Of a stretch of DNA of 40,448 nt, positions 22,879 to 33,500 are shown piece after piece. The stretch's first letter is position 1. Each line of letters opens with the position of its first letter. Under the pieces are notes generated by a model. It was not told the origin of the DNA. It worked only from the letters and a program-made list of their open reading frames with translations, and ran no database searches. Origin of the DNA: Jimgerdemannia flammicorona (taxonomy: Eukaryota). The stretch spans positions 1 to 40,448 of the forward strand of contig RBNJ01000122.1 in NCBI GenBank assembly GCA_003990765.1, written 5' to 3'. A program made the translations under genes and the position numbers.

Positions 22879-24981
22879 TGTGGTGTGCAGTTTGTATCTC
22901 TAGTTGCTTCAAGCACGGCTCAATGTGCTACTTGGTGGAGTATGTGGTATATGACTGAGTGCATTTGCAATGGTTGCAAGTTGATGGTCACATGATTGAT
23001 TCGTCTGATTCATACAGTAGAGGCTCAGTTGTTTAGTAGTCGATGAATTTTCCTAGCAGCAAATTACTTCTTAAACGTATATGGTTCATAGCACAGCGGG
23101 TAAAGGGGAACTCATCTATCTGACTTGTTAGATGAATGATGACAGTTGGGCTGGCTTTCCTAAGCTAAGTATCCTTGGGTTCCTTGGCTGGGGTCTTAAC
23201 ACCTTGAATGGTGGTTGGTTCTGAATGTACAGCAGTCGGGTCAAATGTATGATGGTTGGGCTGGCAGGATCTCAGCAGCAGTTGGCGGTTTTTTGTGCAG
23301 CTTTCCTTTAGCAGCAGGTCTTTAAACTGAACTGAATGGCTTTTCATGTGGCTTTCCTTAGCGGCAAATCTTGAACATTTTCCATGACAAGAGAAAATTC
23401 TTTAACTCAAACCTTGAGCAATCGTTGCTCTAGTTATCTTGTTCTCAGAATTTATCTGGTCTCTTGGAGGTAGTGAGGTTTCTCTGTAATCCTTTTTACT
23501 TTTAAACACAAACTGACTGAGGTTTATTCACTCTAAGATATAGGGCTATTTATACAAATTTGCTAGCTATGGGGGGGGAACTAAGGTATACTATGTTGTG
23601 GTGGTTTAATTGCTGAATATGGGTGCGACAATTGTTTGTGCCGAATTGGGATAAGATGAGTGCTGATGCTGGATATGGATGTTGTAGGCGGTATCACTGA
23701 AAATGGGTGTGATAATTGTTTGCACTGAATTGGGATTAGATGAGTACTAGTGCTGGATATGGATGTTGTGGGTGGTATCACTGAAAACGGGTGTTGCTGA
23801 CTTGCTGATAAATGTTGGCTGACCGGACTGAGGAAATGGACATTGGATCACTGAATGGTAAAGTACCCTTCATCAGTGATCCAATCATCTTGCTGGGTTG
23901 TGACTTCTTCATCCTGTTCTTCAAAGAGTGGGAGCGCCAGCCAGGAGGTGAGGGGGTAGAATTGTGGCCAATCAACTTCGATGACATTCTCCAACCCTTA
24001 GACTGCTTGAAAGCAGACAGAGAATTGGTAGATTTTTTGTTCCTCCTCTTCTTCTTCCTCAGATCCTTCAGTTTCTGTGTTAGTAGGGACTTCTGGGACT
24101 TCTTGATTTGGTTCCCAAATGATGAGGTGCGAATTGTAGCTGACAGGGTAGTGAGTAGTTGGGGTTGCTCCAACAGGTGTTGTAATGATAATGGGTGGTC
24201 CTTCGAAGATTTCCATGAGACTCATTAGGTGACCTTGATAGTTGTCTCGGAGTGGAGTAGTGTGAAAGCCTGGTTGAGTGGGCTCAGTTTGTTGGCTTCC
24301 TACAGTGACCCGGTTACTACCAATAGAGTCGGCTATTTCTGATTCTATCCAGTCTGCTATCTTCAGTTGAGAGACAGGCAAGACTTCCAGCAGTTACTCC
24401 TTGTAAGTATACTATAGCCCAGGGAATATGGCAGAAGATTTGGTGGACACGGAGGGCTCTCTTGATTAGCTGGCTGGTGGTTAACATTTCGGCAATGAGG
24501 TCTTCCTGGTCGCCTTCTTGGGTTTCATTACGAAGGCGGTGTCCAATTTCGTAATCATGCCAGAGGGTCATTCATTTAGTGGTATCTTTGAGCTATTGGG
24601 TCATTATGTACCAGTAATTGATGAAGTGTCCAAGGTCCTCAGTGTAGAAGTTCAGATGTTCAGAGGTGTCTGGGCACTAAATAGCCTTCTTGATAGCTTC
24701 AAGGATTAGAGTCTTTGGGCCAGGCAAGGGGGAAGAGCAGTGGGAGGTCTGGTTGGGGCGGCGGATAGGAGGCATTGTGTGGTGGGTACTTGTTCTTTGG
24801 TGCTGATTCCTGAGGCGGAGTATGGTTCTTTAAATAATGTAGTCTTCCTTTTGGCTCGGATTATTATTGCTCCTTTTGGGGTGATCACCTAATAGATCAG
24901 GCTGTCTATTTGATTGTCATACCATTATGTCGTCTGATCTTAGCAGTCACCAGTACTCCATTGTCAATTGCATACATCACA
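22879..24981 (-). repeat. 5' LTR of element 2 (2103 bp; one extra 84-bp tandem unit)
   Basis: Direct repeat of 12985-15002. Extra unit at ~23613-23696 and a 1-nt insertion near 24360. Confidence 0.95.
23848..24775 (-). pseudogene. LTR-encoded accessory ORF, copy in 5' LTR (+1 frameshift near 24360)
   Basis: Homologous to 13870-14796. ORF-track pieces 24317..24571 and 23998..24381 are its two frames. Confidence 0.7.
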
Positions 24982-25371
24982 ATATATACAATATTGCATA
25001 ATATCCTTGACGCGATATCCTTGATTTTTGAAACCCTTTTCCCTACATACACACAAATCTTAACATGCCAATGCATACTATCATAGCTATTGCAAATGAC
25101 TGGAACATCATGCATTCCCTTGCGCAAACTGTTGGTGGGTTCCTCAGACAACTCTTTACAATGAAAAACTGCCCGGTTTGCAATAATCCATTTGACAACA
25201 TCTCTCAGGGGGGTAAACCATTGCTATACCAGGATCACATCGACAAATACAAAGGCACACACAAACCAGGTAGTGCATACTGAGAACAGTACACCACTCG
25301 GCATAAAGGATATGGTAGCTCTGGACTAGGATCGTCACTCTATTAGCCTAGCCACCCATATTTATGTATAT

Positions 25372-25740
25372 TGTGATGATAGTATAGTCAGATGACATAC
25401 AAAGAACACTTAGCATAGTTACCCTCATAGTTACCCACATGCACCACAATTTGTATAAATAACCAGATATACCAAATTGGGTATATTTTACTGCATATTC
25501 TATAATTATGCAGATAGTAACCAGATAGTAACCATACTTGTATAAAATACCCCAGAGATTTGAGTGAATAAATATTAGTCTGAAAAGTTAAAAAAAAAGC
25601 AAAATATAAGGCTGTCTATAATGAGTATATTGTAATCTTTCTTCAAATATAAGAATAAAGTAATATTCTTATTATAGAACTCTCAGATCCAACTTGTTAA
25701 CAAAAGCAATACCTAAACTCTACTATAATAGATAATTAGA
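25372..25740 (+). repeat. Partial/decayed LTR related to family 1 (right boundary uncertain)
   Basis: Starts TGTGAT after ATAT. Matches the reverse complement of ~7960-8239 (AGTATAGTCAGATGACAT, TAGTTACCCACAT, GTATAAAATACCCCAGAGA..GAGTGAATAAA). Confidence 0.65.
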
Positions 25741-25904
25741 ACTCAGTGTTTTCTTATAAAAACTTAGAACTTAGAGTCAATAGTTAGTTTGATTTTCTGT
25801 AATATATTAATTCTATTAGTATATAGTTTTATTATATCAATTCAATTTAATTAAATTAAATTGGATCTCTAATTTAATTTAAACTTAATTTTTTGAAAAT
25901 ACTA

Positions 25905-26250
25905 AATATCTTTATAACTGAAGTCTGATTATTATTTTATAATTAAAGACTTATAACTATCTATTTATTTTATTTTGTTATCTAGTTGATAAATATCTCT
26001 ATAACTGAAGCCTGATAAATATTCTATTTATTTTATTATTTAGTTGATAAATATCTCTATAACTAAAGCCTAATGATTATTCTATTTATTTTACTATCTA
26101 GTTGATAAATATCTTTATAACTGAAGTCTTATAATTATTCTATTTATTTTATTTATTATTTGGTTGATAAACATCTCTGTAACTAATACTTAATAATTAT
26201 TTTATTATTTATTTTCTAGTTAGTGAATATCTCTATGACTGAAGTCTTGA
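25905..26250. repeat. Tandem array of ~58-bp units (~6 copies)
   Basis: Recurring TAGTTGATAAATATCTCTATAACTGAAG...TTCTATTTATTTTA. Confidence 0.8.
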
Positions 26251-26819
26251 GACTATTTTTTTTTATTATAATAAAAGCTATTTTATTATTTTATTTTATT
26301 AAATATCTCTGCTAATTATAAATTTTAATATAATGTTTTATATATTAGAAGACTTCTTACTAATTGAGTACTGAATAATGCTATCTCTATTTCTGATAAT
26401 TAAAAACTTGAATAGTTATATATACTACATATTGGAGAATTATTAACTAATTACTAAATAATATCATCTCTCTCTCTAATACTACTATTATATTATACAT
26501 ATATATATATATTAATAAGTCTCTACTCTACTGAGATTTCTATTGATAAGTTTTTTTATATTACTAGATCCTCTGCTAAGATCCATTCTTTCACTGAGAA
26601 TTTGGTATTAAATTCTTACCATTCTCTCTTTAAAGTATATAAAAGATATAGTTAGAACATCTAGTCTATTAGTAATCTCTCTCACTTTATCACAATTCTC
26701 TATAGTACTAATACAAAATCCTCAATCAGTATCTCAAGAAACCAGTAGTATCTTAAGGTCTCTTTATTAACTCATATATATATATACTTGATAAAAGTAC
26801 TAAAGTATAGTTCTTTAAG

Positions 26820-27095
26820 CTAGCAGATAGATACTTCTGATCTCTCTGATAGATCATCTCTATGGATAGATCAATTTGACATCTGCTGATATATAATCTA
26901 ATCTCTACTAATCTTTTTTTGACCTTTACTAATAGATCTTGATCTCTGCTGATAGATTATCTCTCTTGATTAATAAAATTCTCTACTGATAGATTATCTC
27001 TATTGACAAAATCCCCTACTGATAAGTCACTTCTCTTAATCAATAAAATCTTCTGCTGATAGATCACTTCTCTTGATTGATAAAACTTTTGACTA
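26820..27095. repeat. Degenerate tandem repeats (CTGATAGATCATCTCT core)
   Basis: Core recurs at ~26846, 26949, 26986, 27019 and 27056. Confidence 0.6.
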
Positions 27096-27206
27096 ATAAT
27101 AATAATTTTTTTTTTTTTCTATAGGTACTAGGTCTCTAATAAAATATCTCTATTAATTGATATATTTAGTCTACTTTTTACTAAATCTATAACTTGATCT
27201 ATATAT

Positions 27207-28734
27207 TGTAACAAACCAAAATGTACTACTTGAATTATAACTTAGCCAGATGATACGAACAATTAGTATACTTACTCAGCATAATGTGACTTCTAGTATA
27301 TCATAGTTACTCATACCTGCCATACTTATAATTAGCCAAGACACTAGATCAGGATTATTTACCTGTATCCTGAGGACACACTCATGTCTTGCAGACACAC
27401 TCATGTCCTGTGGACACACTCATGTCCTGTGGACACACCTGTACCTAGAGGACACACCCAAACATTACCGAAGATAGCAAATCTATAGTTAGCCACATAG
27501 TAACCAGATAGCAACCAACTTGTATAAATTAACCCAGAGACAAGAGTGAATAAACCTCAGTCCAAATTGAAGTGCAAACCAAAGAAGCCTCTAAAGATTG
27601 AGCAATTGGTCTCCTTATTCCCACTCTAGTCCACTTTCTGATACAAAGATTGATTGGTTCGCTTGCCAGATAAGCCTGAAGATTTGTGGCCTAAGTTCAA
27701 GAAGAACTTCACCACCTTTTGAAGAGTAATCTGCTACTTAAGGAATAAGCCACTACATTTTTGATTCACTTGCCAGATAAGCCTGAAGATTTGCTACCCA
27801 AAGTTCAAGGAAGAACTTTGCCGCCATTTCCTAGAAGACCATTGTATCCAAGTTATCCTCTGCCTTCCCAAGAAAGCTGCCTTGATCAAGCCAGTTTCTG
27901 ATGCAACTTTGTAGTAGAGCCAGTCTACGATGTAACCCTGTACAAATGAAGCCAGTCTTTGATGTAACTTTGCCAAGAGATCCTTTCCCAAAGAATTCTA
28001 CCAGTAGTTCATATTCCCAGTTGAAGCTGCCGATTTAGAAGAATCTGTGCCATCCAAGTTATTTCCCAGAAGCCCATCGATTCAGGAAGAATTCACATCA
28101 TCTGCCATTTTTGAGTTATCTGCCACATTTCCAGAAGAACCCTACCAATTCAGGAAGAATCTGTGTCATCCGAGTTACTCAAGTTATCTGAGTTATTGAA
28201 TTATCTGCCTCTTGCGACATCTGAGTTATTTATCATTTTCAGTGAGCTCAAGAAGAATCCACTGTCAGTACTATTTTCAATAATAAGAACTTACGCTGTA
28301 CAATTCCCAGTGAGCCAAATCGAGTTGTCCACCAAATCTGCATAAGGAATACTGCCAAGATCATCCTGCATAAGGAGAACTGCTAAATTGCTAGACTGTC
28401 ATACACAAGGAGGTCGTCATGCTACACAAAGATCGTCGCACTAAGACCATCACCCAGAAATCACATACTTTTGGAAATTACCTCACTATACAAAATTGTA
28501 CCATTCCTAGTTGACCTAAGAAGGAAAGACATGAATCGCTGCTACACCTAGAGAACTGTCCCAATAAGGAAATCACTTACAGATATCCAGCTTTGACTAT
28601 TATACCACTAAATATCAAGGACCTCAGGAATCTTAGAACATTTTGTTGCTTTTTGATAAAGTAACTGGGGGCTCAAGCCAAACTACATCAACTCTCAACC
28701 TTGTAATTTACCTCCATTGAGCCAGCATGTTACA
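27207..28734 (+). mobile_element. Solo LTR (1528 bp) related to family 1
   Basis: Perfect 7-bp inverted termini TGTAACA...TGTTACA. TSD ATAT (27203-27206, 28735-28738). Last ~100 bp match the reverse complement of 3156-3245. TATA/AATAAA cassette at 27521-27562. Confidence 0.9.
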
Positions 28735-29585
28735 ATATCTTTACTAATATATATATCTCTTCTCTCTCTCTCTTTCTTCTTTCTACTTAATAAATTATTA
28801 TAGCAAAATAAATTTAACTATAGTCAATCTTCTATAACTTATATTTAACAAACTTAGCTTTAAACTCAGAAAATAATTATAATATTAACATAATAAGATA
28901 TAAATATTCAATATATATCTATAATTACTGTAGAGAAAACTGAAAATAAGATCTAGTTGATAAAAATTTTAAACCAATAATAAAAAAGACTTAATTTGTT
29001 AGATATTTCTAATATATAATCTAGTTTCTTTCTTCTCAAAATAAAGATGATCTATCTCTCATTTAAGCTTCTGATAAGCAGTCTCTTAATATAGACTAAT
29101 GATGATCTACTTCTTATTTGAGCTTCTGATAAATAGTCTCTCAATATATAGACTTTTATTATAGCTCAGTTAGTAGAAATTCAAAAGAAATAGAGTATAG
29201 ACAACTAAAGTATTCTTGAAGATAAATAGTTTCTCATAATATAGAATTCTATAATAACTTAACTGGTAGTAATTCAGAATAAACAGAATATAGATAATAG
29301 AAATTTTCTTCTAAATACTAATAATTTTCAAGATAATAATCTCAACAACTTTAATAAAAATTCTGAGGATTTATATAATAATGAGAATGATGAAGATTAA
29401 TCTTATACAACTAATAGTAATAATAGTAAATTCTTTGAAGATGTTTTTAAAATAATATCTATATATCTATATAATATTTTATCAATTATATTAATAGTTT
29501 TTTAAGTAATATACTAATACTTATCTAGTAAAAAGTAAAAGACAATATATAAGTAATTAAAATTAGTTTTCTGGTTTCTTTTTGA

Positions 29586-30049
29586 TGTAATATAGTGGAT
29601 GTATAACTGTATAAGTATATTAGATTTCTGTATCTTAAAAATTTGATCTTCTTTGACTTTACAGAGTTCTTGAGATATAGAAGTGGGTGAGTTTGAAGTA
29701 TATCTGTCTGTAGACTTACTAGTTCTTTTACTTTCTCTTTGCTTTAAACTATTTCAATCTGAGATATATTTACTCTAGACACTAGAGATATTTATACAAG
29801 TTTGCTAGCTATAAGGTAGTTAAGTTATAAGTCACTTTTTATAAATATCAAATCTTTCAACATCTGCTAAATCTTTGATGATTGCCAAAATCTTAATATT
29901 TATAAAGAGTTTAACATTTGCTAAAACTTTAATATTTATAAAATGACTGCTATTTGTAAGACTATACTATATTTGAGAATCAGATTTAGGTACTATTATC
30001 AAATATCTATTCTTTTGATTCATATTCCTAATTTGGATCAACTATTACA
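29586..30049 (-). repeat. 3' LTR of element 3
   Basis: TGTAAT...TATTACA, colinear with 35814-36277. Purine tract AGGAGAAAGT is adjacent on the minus strand. Confidence 0.9.
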
Positions 30050-30054
30050 ACTTT

Positions 30055-30545
30055 CTCCTAAATAGGTAATTCATCTCTGAAGTATTCTATTTACTCAAAC
30101 TCCCAAGCTTCTACAATTTATATCTCCTTATACTATACAATTTATATTATTATGTTCTCTTAATAGTATCTTTTGATATATATAAATTCTCTTAGAGCTA
30201 CTTTACAAAAATAGACTAAAGTTGACTCATTCTCTCTGAATAACTTATTAACTTGTTTGGTGATTGTGATCTGAGTATGAGAGAGCTGACACTCTCTAAT
30301 TTAGTCTTCTTTTTCCATCTCTGGTGGTAAGTTTAGTGGCTGTTCCAACTTGAAGTATTCTTGAAACTTAGTCCAGTTCTGATAGGTCTTGAAATATGAG
30401 ATTTATAATAAGTATATCTGAACAATACTCTGGATACTATTAAAGAATTTTTCTATGATCAGTAGCTTGGTAGTGCACCATTGTCTTTTTATAGCTTATT
30501 GTATAGCACTGATGATCTTGAGAGCTGTAGTAGTACTCTATTGAT
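30055..30545 (-). pseudogene. Decayed accessory ORF between integrase and PPT (family 3)
   Basis: Hand translation: TALKIISAIQ*AIKRQ...FQEYFKLEQPL...ITITKQVNKLFRENESTLVYFCKVALREFIYI. Confidence 0.55.
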
Positions 30546-30549
30546 TAGC

Positions 30550-33500
30550 TATAATATTTATTGAGTTAGTTTTAGTGAATGGTAATGGGAGTGATTATGC
30601 CTGAGAGTTTTTGTAGCCAAAAGGTAGTTCCTTTTATATTTTATATAAGATAAGGTCCTTCCTACTTAGACTTCAGTTTTTGTGACCATAAAGCTTTTAC
30701 TATATTCTAATATATTAAAACTTTGTCTTCTATCTTGATAATCTCTAGAGACTTATAAGTTTTCTCTACATTATTCTATTATAGTACCTGTGCTTTAGTT
30801 ATATAATCCTCAGCCTTTTTTCTGATTTGGTATAGTCTCTATATTTCTATATCTATATATTTCTATATAATATCTCTATTGAATAGAGAACTTTCTTCTC
30901 TGAACAGTATCTCTTAAGGGGTAAAATAGGTGCTTTGTGATTGGATATCCTGAAGAGCAGATAATGCTATTGATAGATAGTAATTCCAGTTTTAATAGTT
31001 ATTGCAGATCTTAGCAATAACATTCTTGAGGGGTTTATTAGTTCTTTTTGCTTGTTCATTTCTCTAAAAGTGATAGGCTGTAGTCTGAATGTACTGTATC
31101 TTATACTTCTTATAGAGAATCTCAAAGAACTGGTTTACAAATTCCATTTCTCTGTCTATTGTTACTTGTATTGGGGTCTTGAATTAGCAGATAATTTCTT
31201 TGTAGAAGAAATTAGTAATTGACTGTACATTGACTTCTTTAAGGGGTCTGCCTCTATCTATTTCATGAAAATATCTATAATGACAATGATATATCAGTTA
31301 CTAGTCAAAGTCAAGAGTAGAGAGCTAATATATCTATTATAATATATATAAAAAGTATTGGTTCATTGTGTGCTAATCCTGAGGTCTGATTTTATTGATT
31401 TTATTTCTGTTTCTAGCATTTATCATAAGTCTTGACAAATCATCTGATGTCTTTCTCCATTCCTACCCACTACATTGTTCTTCTTACTTTATTATATATA
31501 TTTATTCCTCCTAAATAACTGAGTTTATATACTGATTTCATTGCTTGCTCCTTCTTATATTTGGGTATGACTAGTAGCTTTTTTTTCTTTAGTGTTTCTC
31601 TATCAGTCTTGAATTGTTTCTATATTCTATTGATAATTATTTGTGTCCATTCTTTCAGATGTTGAGGCATCTTTTACTGTCTCAGATAGGTGATAATTCT
31701 ATAGTAGAGTTTCTTATTTACGATTAATTTACTAGTTGGAGATTCTTCAGAGTATCTGTAAGAGGACATCTATATTGACATTAGTTCTTCCAGAGTAGTA
31801 CATAATGGTTATATCATAAGCTTGCAACTTCATAATCCATCTAACATAGATTCTTTTGAATTGCCTAGTGGTCAGTAGTTAGGTAAGGGCTGAGTGGTCT
31901 GTCTGAATGATGAAGTATCTTTCTGTAAGATAGTAGTAGAACTTCTCTATGATCTAGATGACTACAAGATATTCCAACTTATAGGATTTATACTCTTTTT
32001 TAGCTCCTCAGATTTTTTGGCTTAGATACATGATGATATACTCTACTTTGTCTTTCTTTTGTACAGAACTGCTTTTAGTTCTTATATACTTATATCTATC
32101 TATAGGATGAATTCTTGGATCCAATTGGGTCTTCTGAGGATGGGTACTTGGATCAGCCTGATCTTGAGTTCATCAAATACTTTTTGTTACCTATTAGTAT
32201 ATTGAAACTTGATATTCTTCTTATTGAGTTTTTAAATTGGGTCTGCAATATTAGAGAATCCTCTAATAAATCTATAGTAATATGAGATAAGTCCCATGAA
32301 GGCTTGGGCTTCAGTAACAGTAGTAGGCTTTGGGTATGCTGCTACTGCTTAAATCTTAAGTGGGTCTATATATATTCCATCTCAGTTGATAATACATATG
32401 TCTAAGATAGGAGATCTTGATTTCTGCAAACTTGTACTTCTTGAGCTTGATATATAGACCATACTTTCTTAGCTTCTCCATTATCTACTAAATGTACTGC
32501 AAATATTCTTTGACTATTTTGCTATAGATAATAATATCATCTATCTTCTCATATCATAGTGGAAGATTTTATTCATTATTTGCTAAAAGCTTGCTGGTGT
32601 ATTGTATATTCCAAATGGCATTTACAGGTAGATATAGATTCCATCTGGAGTAATGAAGGCTGATTTTTTACTTGCTGCTTCAGTGAGGCCAATCTGGTAG
32701 AATCCTAAGTATAAATCTAAGGTACTGTAGTACTGTGCTTCATCTCCCAGAGTTACAAGAATGTCACTGATGAGGGGTAGTGATTGGTGATCCTTCTTTA
32801 TAGCCAGGTTGAGCTTCCTGTAATTGATGTAAAGTCTTAGGGTAAATTCTCCTGGTTTGCTTTCTTTTTTCAGAACTAATACCACTGGTGAAGCCCAAAG
32901 ACTGCTAGTCTCTTTAATAATACTGGCTTCTTTCATCTGCTTGATTTCTTCTCTGAGCCATTTATGATAGATTAGTAGAATTGGCCTTGCTTTTTGATAA
33001 ATGGATTTGATATCTTCTATATTTATATCATAATAGTAGTATGGGGTCTTTTTCTTGATATCCTTAAAGTCTGTGGCTAGGACATCCTCAAATTCCTACA
33101 GTATCTTCTTGAGTTCCTTTTTGAGCAGAAATTCATCTCTAATGGTATAGCTATACTTGTTTATAGTTTCTTCCTTCTTGTGATCTAGTTCTGTGATCTT
33201 AGTGCTGACAAATATTCCTTTCCAGTAGATTCAAATCCTTTCCTTCCTCTTTCTGTTTTCTCCAACTTTTTAACTTTCATAATCTTTGACTGAAGAACTG
33301 AGAAGATCAATATCTATATTAATTAGTCCTTCTTCTTGATTGGAAATGAAATTGTAGAGTTAGGGTTCCTAGTAATGAGTAGTGTTTCTCCAATATAATT
33401 CAAATCAATCACTTCTCCTTCAATAGTAATCTCACTCTTGGCTAGACTACTTTTTGTCTTAAGGATCCTGATATGGTCTTTTAGAATGGTCATCTCTAGA

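Larger units (their letters stand above)
12985..24981 (-). mobile_element. Full-length Ty3/Gypsy LTR retrotransposon (family 2), ~12.0 kb, with dUTPase and ORF-bearing 2-kb LTRs; inactivated by point mutations
   Basis: LTRs 12985-15002 and 22879-24981 (TG...CA). TSD ATAT at 12981-12984 and 24982-24985. PBS and PPT present. Domain order gag-PR-dUTPase-RT-RNaseH-IN. Confidence 0.97.

Noticed and set aside
25156-25283. Small ORF MKNCPVCNNPF...H...H as a zinc-finger gene
   Set aside because: Only ~40 aa with atypical spacing and no supporting exons.
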